A stretch of 64,000 nt of DNA from Azolla caroliniana (Eukaryota; Plantae; Polypodiophyta), in contig JBHGNT010000008.1 in the NCBI GenBank assembly GCA_043228905.1, positions 7,192,001 through 7,256,000 on the forward strand, given 5' to 3'. A program made the position numbers and the translations under genes. This document shows, in pieces, positions 53,410-64,000 of the stretch (its first letter is position 1; each line of letters begins with the position of its first letter). The notes under the pieces are model-generated. The model saw only the letters and a program-made list of their open reading frames with translations. It was not told the origin of the DNA and searched no databases.

Positions 53410-55500
53410 TTGTTCTGATGAGTACATAGAGAGATTTGGGGGTTCCAGAGCACACCTAGCAGGTATAGCTATACAAATATTACTATATGCTGATGATATT
53501 GTGCTGATTTCTGACTCTCCGGAGGGACTACAAAGACATCTAAATGCCTTAAAACTATTTTGTACGGACAAAGGTTTGTCAATCAACATGAATAAAACTA
53601 AAGTGATGGTGTTTAACACCACCCAAGCATGGGTAACAAGATCAGAACCAGAATTCTTCTTGGGAGAGGAAAAGGTGGAATACACACGCTCCTACACATA
53701 CCTAGGAGTAACATTTACAGGACCTAGGTTCTCCTTACAGGAGGCCGCTTGTGCCCGACTTTCTCGTGCATATGCAGCCCTTGGTGCTCTCGAGAGACAA
53801 TATGCACATTTGCAGTTCCAAGAGCCACAGACTAAGCTATGGTTATTTGATATACTTGTCACACCAACTCTTCTCTATGGAGTAGAGACATGGGGACCGA
53901 GTCTTAACAAGGCAAATCATTGGAAAGATTTAGAGAGACCTTTAGTGTCAGTGATTGCTCGCATGATAAGAAGCAAAGCATCGGTGCCCCACGATATAAT
54001 CCGGGCAAAGATGGGAGCAGCACCTATAATAACCAAGGCGTTGTTCCGATCAGTGACATTTATCCAACGTCTTTGGGAGCTCCCTAAACGAAGGTACCCA
54101 AGGTTGGCACTTATGTCATCAAAACAACTGGCTGAAATGGAGACACTCATTGTTGGTATGCTGAAATGCAACAATGGTTCGAGTCACATGGCATGACTAT
54201 AAATACACTACCCCCGTTCCAATATAGCTTGGACAGTTCCCATCTAAATATTAACAATCGGCAACGGTTCGGTTTGAACCGAACCGAACCGCGAAACCGC
54301 GGTTTAACGGCTTAACGGTTTCAAGGGTTCGGTTCGGTTCGGTTCAAGTTTAGGTTTTTATAAACGGTTCGGTTCGTTTCGGTTTGGTTTCAGCAGTCAA
54401 AAACCGCGGTTTAAACGGTTTAACGGTTTTTAATTTTTATTATTTTTAAAAAAAATTTTAAAAATTCTAAAAAATTTTAAAATTTGTTTTTAAACAATCT
54501 TTTCATTTTTACTCTTATTCTCACATTTTAGGAACATCTTAAAAATTTTAAAAATTCTAAATAATTAAATATTATAAATTTTTTTTAAAAAATAAAAAAA
54601 ATTGATCTATGTTGAAGACCGAAACCGCGGTTTTTACGGTTTAACGGTTTGAAAAATGTTTAACGGTTCGGTTTAAAGGTTTCGCGGTTCGGTTCAGTTT
54701 GGTTCAGGTTTCAACTTTTTTAAACGGTTCGATTTGGACCCTCTCGAACCGTTGCCGATTGTTACTAAATATGACCAAAGTGGAAAAGAATAGAGTGATC
54801 CGAACTAATATTATTAACTTGGAAAACAAGATAACATGGATCAGCCCCAAAATACCACTTGGTACAAAGATGGCCCACTTTAAGACACTTCTTACATACA
54901 TCGGAGGATGGATTTGTCATCAGGCCACCTTATATGGACATACATCTATCCTATGCCCTGCGTAGTGTGATAGGGCAGCTGCGAACTTCATCACATCAGC
55001 TACAGATTGAGGTAGGCAGATATACACGACTACCTCTAGAAGAGAGAATTTGCCAATTGTGTCATCAAGGAGTGGAATCTGAAGAACACTATGTTTGTCA
55101 TTGTAGTGTCTTTTATGAAATCAGAGGGAGATACCATTGCCTCTTTAAACAAGGCTTTGGCCCACTACGCAAGGTAATGGAATATGAGGACCAACGATGC
55201 CTAGGACTTTTCTTGCTAGAGCTCAAGAGACATCGGGAAAAGTTGTTGAAGAATACAGCCACACAAGCTCATCCACAAAGAACAATCACAACTTTCTTTA
55301 GCCCCATCACTCCTAATGCTAGAAGTCAACCCCGGGATACACAAATGGGCTTCAGACCAGGACATAACGAAGGGGTTACAATTGATCGGGCAATGGCAAT
55401 TTGCCGTGCACGTAGGCCTCGGCCCCATGGACCAAGACCTCGACACCCTTGTCATCAATAGATAAAAGCCATTATCTCCCGCCATTGTAGGTGCTTCCCT
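53410..55500 (+). mobile_element. 5'-truncated LINE (RTEX-like RT plus C-terminal zinc motif), interrupted by a MITE
   Basis: ILLYADDIVLISDS, NKTKVMVF, SSHQLQIEVGRY...ICQLCHQGVESEEHYVCHC; clade assignment from motif recall. Confidence 0.85.
54252..54764. mobile_element. hAT-type MITE (513 bp)
   Basis: Perfect 20-bp TIR TAACAATCGGCAACGGTTCG, 8-bp TSD CTAAATAT (54244-54251, 54765-54772). Confidence 0.95.
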
Positions 55501-55661
55501 CAATTCGGAGACATTTCCGTTCTAGATCGACCTATGCTAAGATCTTACGAAGACAAAAGCTACAATATACGTAACTTGAGGATCTCACATGTGCCAAAAA
55601 CCAAATTCCCTCATTTCTTTTCTTTTCATGTTATTTACTTTTATATTTACTATGTAATATT

Positions 55662-57000
55662 TGTTTTATTTTGATTTGTTCTCAAAGACGTGACAACACT
55701 TAAGATGTAATCTCTTATTTGGTCTTATAGGCCATTTTGGCCTCTTAAAAGACGTTAATATATCTTTCTTTCTTTCTCCATGTCTCTTGAGATCCATGAA
55801 GAATGAGCCCAAGCATTGTGGGTCTTTGTATTCCTTTGCCTTGTGGAGAGGGCCAAGGCCTTGTGTGAAGAGGCAATGGTATCTCTCTCTTATTTCATCA
55901 AAAAGGCATAGCATCTATCAAACAATAAGGTGATCTATTCTACCATATTTGTGTGCATATCTACTCATCTATATAATGACAAAAGAGAGTGGGTGAGAAC
56001 GGCCATACTTAACTCACTCCAATTTTGCAACCCACAACCTCTGACAAGCCATTAGGCGCACATGTTTTTCCTAATACTGAGCCATATGGTACATAGATTC
56101 CCCATTGCATATCAATAGGGATGCCAGGGGCTTCTAGTCGTTGCATGCGCCAAGAATGTGATATAGTATCGAAGGCTTTCCAAAAATCCACAATGCAGCA
56201 ATAGATTCTCCTTTGGTGCGCTCTTCCTTCCTCAATAAGGGCTCATTGGGTCAATATATGATCCAAAGTGATAAAACCCTTCCAAAAACCTTCTGACAGC
56301 TGAATAGAAGGCATTTTGCTACACCCATACATTCAGTACTAATTCTTGTAGGGAAACCTTCATACATAACTCTATTACATATGTGAGCAAGAAGCAGCCA
56401 GGTGTTACAAAATAGTGAAATTGTTGGCGTACCAATCCAACATGACCTTGGGTCTTTCCAAATTGAAGCTGATCAATGCATTGCATTTCTCATATTTTGC
56501 TAAGTAAAAAACGGTGTATTCAGATTGAGTTGAGCCATATGGATGGGGGAGAGCGGCTGCTCAGGAATGTCATATAGAGTATACGTAGTCATGCCAAGTC
56601 TGAATTGAAGTCAGTTGTGAGCCAGGTTACCTCATTTTAAACAAAATACATGCCCTTTTACTTTGTTGTCATAGGAACAACATATACACTTCTGCTTCAA
56701 ATGTAGCCAAATAAGATCTCTAATTCTTCATCAGAAGGTCTTGAAAACTTTCTCTTGTTTGTTTCTGTACAAATCCTCTGAGAAAATTCTCTTACAAGCA
56801 TCTATTATATCATGGCATTCCTCATTATACCAACTATTTTATGTGGCTCTACCACATATATGTGCATTGACGATTGTAAGTGTTGCGAAAGGCATTTGTG
56901 GCTGCATAATACAATACATGGGCAACCTTTGTGTGACTTCCTCTAGGGATTCAAAAGGAACCACATGAAGCATGTCATTGTGTACTCCACAAATGAACAC
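55662..57000 (-). mobile_element. Older, internally deleted LINE of a related family in opposite orientation
   Basis: IYCCIVDFWKAFDT (RT) and EIRERYHCLFTQGLGPL, matching EIRGRYHCLFKQGFGPL of the + copy. Confidence 0.75.
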
Positions 57001-57266
57001 ATGAACTCAAGAAAATTGATATTTAGCATGGTCAGTCCTGTACTTCGCATGCACATCCTTTTGGCATCCATACTTCACCTTAAAGCATAGATATACATTA
57101 CCTACTACCAAGCCAACAAGTCTACTGGAAATAGTGAGCTCCCTTACCTCGGGTAGAAGGTATAAACATAGCAAACTCTCTTTATTGTAATAGAATTATA
57201 GTATTATATCCCCCATACTAGCAAATATTATAATATCAGCAATACTGGTAAATATAGTGTTTCTCC

Positions 57267-60200
57267 TGTTGGGGTAAAGGCCCTAAATGACCCCCTTATA
57301 GTGTGTACATGTATATAGGCCTATTTATAAAGGCCAAAAGTCACTCATCACTTTTTGTTACTTTTGGGCCAAGTTCAGTGTGAACTTGGCAAACCCTAAA
57401 TGGGCCATATAAAACATAAGTTAAAAACTTTTGGATCTCACTTCAAAGGTGAGCTCCTCCAACTATTGCTCTCTCGCTCTCGCTCTCTCTATCTATCTAT
57501 CTTTTCTACCATAGCTCCACTATTGCATCTAAAGAGCCCAGACTAGGGTGAATCCTGAGTATTCCTTAGCCCTATTGACATCAATCCTAACCCTTACAAC
57601 TGGTATTAGAGCGAATTTAGGGTTTCTGAACTTCTGCACAGTTGTTGTACAGCAAAGAACAGGTGTTCAAACCTCTTTATTGTGAGCTATGGCATCATCC
57701 TCCTCAGAAGTGAAGAATCTTTTTGAGATTTGACGATTTGAGGGAACAGGTTTTGACTTGTGGAAGGAATAAATGCAAGAATTCTTTTTTTGAAGGATTG
57801 TGAGAGTGCGTTGGAGGCAAAAAAACCAGAGAACATGTCAGAAGATGCATGGCAGATTTTACATAAAAAGGCTATCATACGTAACATGCTATCAGTGTGG
57901 CAAGAAAGGCCACAAGAAACCTGATTGCCGCTATTACAAAGCTAAACTTGAAAGAAAAGGGAATTCTGGAGATAAGAGAAAGGACAAGACTAATGCACAT
58001 GACAGCCAAAAGGACGAAGAGAAAGCCAATTTGGCCTCTAATGTAGTCATAGAGGAGCTGCCAGATGTTGAGGACATTTTATGTGCTAGTTTTTAGCAGA
58101 TGATACTTATGCATATGATGCATATGATGCAAATATTCCTTCAAAGGACATGTGCATCACTAAGAATGATCTTATTGATGCTTTGCTGACTGTCAATGAT
58201 GCATTAGCCCAAACATGGATAGTTGACTCTGGTGCTTCATTTCATGTGACTCCTATCAAGGAGTGTTTTTCTACTTTTATTGTAGGCAACCATGGCCATG
58301 TATACCTTGGAAACAATCATGCATGTTCCATTGAGGGTATTGGCACTGTGCGTTTTTCTACAAATGGCACTAATGAGCTGGTTTTGCATAATGTGCGCTA
58401 TGTACCAGGGATCAAGAAGAGCTTGCTTTCTGTGGGGCAAATGGATATGCATGGTTGTAGCATTCTCTTTGAGAAAGGATCATGGAAAATGACAAAAGGT
58501 TCAAGGCTGATTGTGAAAGGCACAAAAAAGGGAACGCTTTATTGCTTACATGGAAATGCTATATCGGGGAAATTTATTGCTTTGGCTGAAGTTCACTCCC
58601 ATATGGAGTTGTGGCATAAGAGACTTGGCCATATGAGCCAAAAGGGTCTCACTAGGCTTTGTAATCTAAAGAAGCTTGATGCTAAAGGCACGAAGCTTAA
58701 TTTTTGTAATGAATGCCAATATGGAAAGCAAGTGAAGCATTCCTTTTACTCTGGTGTGTCTCCTAAGTCTTGTGTACTTGATCTTGTTCATTTTGATGTG
58801 TGTAGCATGCCCACCAAATCTATGGGTGGTGCAATGTATTTTATCTCATTTGTTGATGATTTCTCTAGAAAAATTTGGGTTCAATTGCTTAAATCTAAGG
58901 ATGAAGCCTTAGCTGCATTTAAGCATTTTTATGCATTTGTGACCACTCAAACAGGCAGAAAACTGAAATGTTTGCGTACGGACAATGGTGGTGAATATAC
59001 AAGTGCTGAATTCAAGAAATTTTGTGAAATTTTGGGTATTAAGAGGGAGCTTACTGTTCCATATAGCCCCTCTTCTAATGGTGTGGCTGAACGATAAAAC
59101 AGGACGCTTTGTGAGAGAGTGAGATGCATGCTGTCCACCGCTAATCTCCTCATGTCTTTTGGGGAGAGGCACTGAAAACTGCAGTACATGTATGCAATAG
59201 ATCCCCTCACACGTCTTTAAAGGGTGACATCCCTGAAGAGGTTTGGTCTGGCAAACCTGCTTCATATGATCACTTACGTGTCTTTGGCTGCGAGGCTTTT
59301 GTACATATAAGGCCTGAGCTGAGAAACAAACTTGATGCCAAGTCCATTAAGGGCCTCTTCATGGGATATGGTGAAGAAGGCGAAATGGGTTATAGGATTT
59401 GGATACCCCAGCTCAAGAAGGTTATACGCAGCCGAGATGTTGTTTTCAATGAGGCAAGGCTGCTTCAAAACAATTGTGCCTCAAAAGATGACCATAAAAG
59501 GGTCAGATTTCAGCATGACCAGCCACTTGTTAGACCCAGTTTTGACCATCAGGATCCACCACAAAGGACTGAAAATATTGATCGTCCAGTGGTTTTGGAG
59601 CCAGAAGATGTTGGACAGCAAGATGAGGATCCTGAAAGGAATATGCAGCCAAATGATAATGCTGAAAATGGCGTTGAAAATAATGGACAGCAGCCTAACA
59701 ATGATGATTTAGACATGCCACCTGATGTTGATCCATTACCTGACAATATGGATCATTGGGTGAGACCTTCTACTCTTATAAGACGAAATGTGAGTAGATT
59801 TGACCCCTCGTTGCACTACATAATGTTGACCGATGAGGGAGAACCTCTTATATATAAAGAGACAAAGGCATGTGAGCACAGCAATAAGTGGGAGCTTGCT
59901 ATGCAAGAAGAGATTAAGGCTTTGCATTCAAACAATACTTGGGACTTGGTTGAACTGCCCAAAGGAAGGAAAGCTATTCCTAACAAATGGGTATATAAAA
60001 TCAAGACCGTTGATGACAAACCCAAGTATAAAGCAAGGCTGGTTGCAAAAGGATATGCTCAAACTAAGGGCATAGATTTTCAGGAAGTGTTTTCTCCTGT
60101 GGTAAAAATGACCACTTTGCGAGTGCTATTTGCTATAGTGGCTGCACTTGATCTGGAATTAGACCAAATGGATGTACATACAGCTTTTCTGCATGGTGAC

Positions 60201-61755
60201 ATTGACGAAGAGCTTTACATGAAACAGCCTGAGGGCTTTGTTATTCCTGGAAAGGAACATTTGGTATGTAAGCTCAATAGAAGCTTGTATGGGTTGAAAA
60301 AAGCTTCTAGACAATGGTACAAAAAGTTTGACGCTTTTATGCTCAAACATGAGTACAAAAGAAGCCATGCTGATCACTGTTTGTATACTAAAAGAGATGA
60401 AAGTGGCGACCCAATCATTCTCGTACTATATGTAGATGATATGCTCATTGCTGCCAAGAAAAGGAGCATTGTCGATGTCCTTAAAAAGCAGCTGAAATCT
60501 GCATTTTCAATGAAAGACCTTAGGGAAGCTGAACATGTACTTGGAGTAAGAATTAGGAGACAAAGGGAGCAGCACACACTGTATTTATCTCAAGAAAAAT
60601 ACATTGACAAGGTGCTGGACAGATTTTGTATGGCTGACGCAAAGCCTCTAGGAGTGCCTTTACAGCCATATGATAAAGTCTCTAAGGAAGATTGTCCTAA
60701 GACATAAGAAGCAATCAATGACATGCAAGGTGTACCTTATGCTTCAGCTTGTGGTTCACTTATGTATGCTATGGTTGCTACTAGACCTGATATTGCCTAT
60801 GCAGTGGGATTTGTAAGCCGATTCATGGCTAATCTGGGCAAGGCACATTGGAATGCAGTAAAGTCCATTATGAGGTACTTAAAAGGGACTAAAAATAGAT
60901 GCCTCTATCATGGAAAAGGCCCATTAGAGCTGAAGGGTTTCTGTGACACTGACATGGCAGGTGATGTGGATACACGGAAATCCACAAGTGGCTATGTATT
61001 CACACTTGCAGGTGGTGCTATATCATGGTGTAGTAGGCTGCAAAAGGTTGTTGCTTTGTCCACTACTGAGGCAGAATATATCTCAGCCACCGAGGCTTCC
61101 AAGGAAGCAATATGGTTAGCACGTCTATGCAGTGAGTTTGGTTTGCCTGAAAAGGCACCCATTCTTGGTTGTGATAGCCAGAGTGCCATCTGTTTAGCAA
61201 AGAATGCTATGTTTCATGCACGCACAAAACATATTGATGTGCGATATCACTTCATTCGAGAAGTGCTTGAGGATGGCCTTATCACATTGATAAAGGTCCA
61301 CACATCACAGAACCCTGCGGATGTACTGACCAAGTGCTTACCCGAAGCACAACATCAGATATGTATACAAATGGTGGGAGTCACGTAGCTTAAAGGCATC
61401 ATTTATGCCTTTACGTGGGAGGTTGTTGGGGTAAAGGCCCTAAATGACCCCCTTATAGTGTGTACATGTATATAGGCCTATTTATAAAGGCCAAAAGTCA
61501 CTCATCACTTTTTGTTACTTTTGGGCCAAGTTCAGTGTGAACTTGGCAAACCCTAAATGGGCCATATAAAACATAAGTTAAAAACTTTTGGATCTCACTT
61601 CAAAGGTGAGCTCCTCCAACTATTGCTTTCTCGCTCTCGCTCTCTCTCTCTATCTATCTTTTCTACCATAGCTCCACTATTGCATCTAAAGGGCCTAGAC
61701 TAGGGTGAATCCTGAGTATTCCTTAGCCCTATTGACATCAATCCTAACCCTTACA
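57267..61755 (+). mobile_element. Ty1/copia (Tnt1/Tork-like), recent, intronic and antisense to the JmjC gene
   Basis: 332-bp LTRs 57267-57598 and 61424-61755 (about 4 differences), TSD TCTCC, PBS TGGTATTAGAGC (57601-57612), WIVDSGASFH, LYVDDML, RTKHIDVRYHF; gag deletion and several stops. Confidence 0.96.
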
Positions 61756-61903
61756 TCTCCAAGGGGCCAAAACTTTGATTAGGCAGCTGTAAAGTAGGAA
61801 ATCGTAACATATAACTCTCTACGATTCCCTCTATGAATTCATTCATATGACAAAATCTATGATAATTATAAATACATATGTACCCACAGAAAGATATATA
61901 TAC

Positions 61904-62059
61904 CTCATTCGATTTTTGTTCCTTATCTGGACAATTGTTTATAACTGGTTCGATTGTTTGATCTGGACAACCAGATGCACTCCTTTGATTGGTTTCTCTG
62001 ATTTGTTCACATTGCCAGTCTGACAGCCTGATATCAGTGCAATGAGTGAGAACATTCAC
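61904..62059 (-). CDS. JmjC gene exon
   Basis: VNVLTHCTDIRLSDWQ...KSNE, AG/GT bounded, 52 codons. Confidence 0.85.
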
Positions 62060-62170
62060 CTGAAAACATAATAGCATAAACTTAAGACAATAATGTTTGA
62101 GCTTCAAGAAAGTTAAGAAAGATTTCCATATTTTTCTTGCATAATCTACTCAATGTTAAAGTATACTTAC

Positions 62171-62500
62171 AGTATCTAACAAGTTACAATGCAGTTTTGT
62201 TACAGAATCTCCGCATCCAAGCTCCTCTTCGACACCATATGCAATATAAGTCTTAGGTCCTAAGCTTCTTTTTGCAAGATTATTTGGAATCTTTGTAGTC
62301 AAATTCAGCATTCCTCGAGTTGGATGTGTATAGTCATGGAAAGGCAAAGCACTAATAAATTCTGTACCATGTAATGGTAACCTTTCATGGAAAAAGTTTG
62401 CAGGAGGGCAGTCCTTAAGCTCAAGCATTTGAGGCCAGCCATTTTCACGTATTCGGCCATCTTGATACCCTTTGAAAAACTGATGGATGTCAATCTCAAC
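62171..62500 (-). CDS. JmjC gene exon containing the proximal Fe-binding motif (here H-C-N)
   Basis: VEIDIHQFFKGY...WPQMLELKDCPP...LGPKTYIAYG...GDSVTKLHCNLLDT. Confidence 0.93.
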
Positions 62501-62610
62501 CTGAATTATATCAATATTTCATCATGCAAACAAAGTTATTTCATGATGGGAGAAGAAAAGCCATTATAGGCCTAAGAAAATATAAGTTGGTATAGTAAAT
62601 CTATTAGTAC

Positions 62611-63250
62611 CTCACTACAATCAAGGTGGTCAATAACCTTCACAATTTCTGTATCCTCATGAGGCTTGTGTTTTGTTATCTCTCTCCACATAACTGACGG
62701 GTCCCAATTTAGTTCCTTATTTTTCTCTAGTACATCTCGCACAATCACAGGCTCACCATGAAGCCAATGCTTTTGAAAATGCTCAAAAGCATCTTTACCC
62801 ATATCCAAAGCTGATGGATAGTAAATAAAATTGTCAGAGGAGTTACTTCTCTGAGCAGCTTGGTGTAGACATTTGCTATGATCAAATGGGCTAACGTTCT
62901 CAGCTGAACATGACTGGTATGGCCCAGATGACTCAGACTGAATAAATATTTTGTTATCAATAGCAGCTTCAACATCTCTCACTAGGTTTGTGATCCAACC
63001 ATACTTAGCAGTTTGCCTCAAAACAGTTTTACGATGCCCACATCCAAGTGGGCAAGGAATACTTCCATCCTCATTAGCTTTCCATATTGCCAATTTTTCA
63101 TTTTGCACTTCAGTAATAAGATCAACACTCACTTGTTTACTGCCTAAGAGTTTGCCTTCACGAAGTTCTTGACAGCATGCTAAGCACAAATCATAATTAC
63201 AATCTGGACAACTCCTGTATAGATCCACAACTGATGTGTTGCAATAGTCA
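62611..63250 (-). CDS. JmjC gene exon (Cys-rich region plus HFQKHWLHGEPVIV); upstream exons lie outside the window
   Basis: DYCNTSVVDLYRSCPDCNYDLCLACCQELREG...IDHLDCSE, AG/GT bounded. Confidence 0.9.
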
Positions 63251-64000
63251 CTGTAAAGAATAGAATCTGTTGGTCGGAAATTTATTTTTATTTTTATTTT
63301 ATTTTACCATGATTCTTTCAAGATACACATTAATTCAAAACTAGAAAGAAACAGCATGCCTTGAATGGAACTAAAAATATCTTCATCAAACAATTTCTAA
63401 AAACATAAAAAGGCTGGGTTATATACAGAAACAAACACACTCGTGAAAAAGCTGCAGATAAGTGAAACCTACGCAGTTCCTTTTGGCAATCCAGAAAGAA
63501 AGAAAGAACGAAATGTTAATATCTTCTAAGAGAAAAATTCACTCCTACAGTTACTTTGGAAGGACAGATTATTCACTTCTTTGTGAGTACCACGCCAATC
63601 ATACAACACTCAAGTGAACTGAGAAGATCAGATAGGGTGGGAGACCAAGAATAAAGATACCAGGTTGCAAAACTCCACCAGAGACAAATGACAGAGATCT
63701 GTGACCTGCAATAAGCAACAACTCCAAGAGAAGGCAGTTTATGCCAGGCTGATCCAATGGCTCTACTATACGGACTGTTCAAACCACCACCTCAATGGAT
63801 ACCAAGATCCATCACGAGTCCCACTATGAGTTGTCAATAGTGCTAGCTATATAGTCACATATATCATATGTGTGCATCATATAGCATATATAATAACACC
63901 TCATCATCCGAGACATCATCACTTAACATCATAAGACCATGTATGCAGGCAAACACAAACTGTACCCTGGATAACGATCATCTCTCTAAGGATGGATGTA

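Noticed and set aside
63550-63800. Additional JmjC exon
   Set aside because: No KDM3-like motif in any frame; more likely a decayed repeat within an intron.

Overview
Eukaryotic nuclear DNA, most likely from a fern. This is inferred from plastid-derived fragments that include chlB and carry many unedited C-to-U and possible U-to-C editing codons. The left ~38 kb is a nest of decayed LTR retrotransposons: several tRNA-Trp-primed Ty3/gypsy copies with 4-bp CpG-centred target sites, two fragments carrying a 3' coiled-coil accessory ORF, a full-length chromodomain Ty3/gypsy (12908-23980) and an old Copia (30872-35994). The 5' LTR of the chromovirus is split by a 5.3-kb scrambled mosaic of plastid DNA (matK, psbC, petA, ycf3 twice, rpl14, psaA, ndhB, chlB, petG, a tRNA half, in both orientations). 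The same element shows a Tf1-type self-priming site instead of a tRNA PBS, a -1 frameshift signal and an in-frame duplication in its chromodomain. The right ~26 kb holds two convergent chromatin genes. One is a PWWP-domain gene with a single-exon CDS (40459-44739, +). The other is a KDM3/JMJ25-family JmjC gene (-, 5' end outside the window) with HxD changed to HxN, a 783-codon repeat-expanded exon and a 9.6-kb intron containing LINEs, a hAT MITE and a young Copia. All alignments and mismatch counts were done by eye; no database searches were run.
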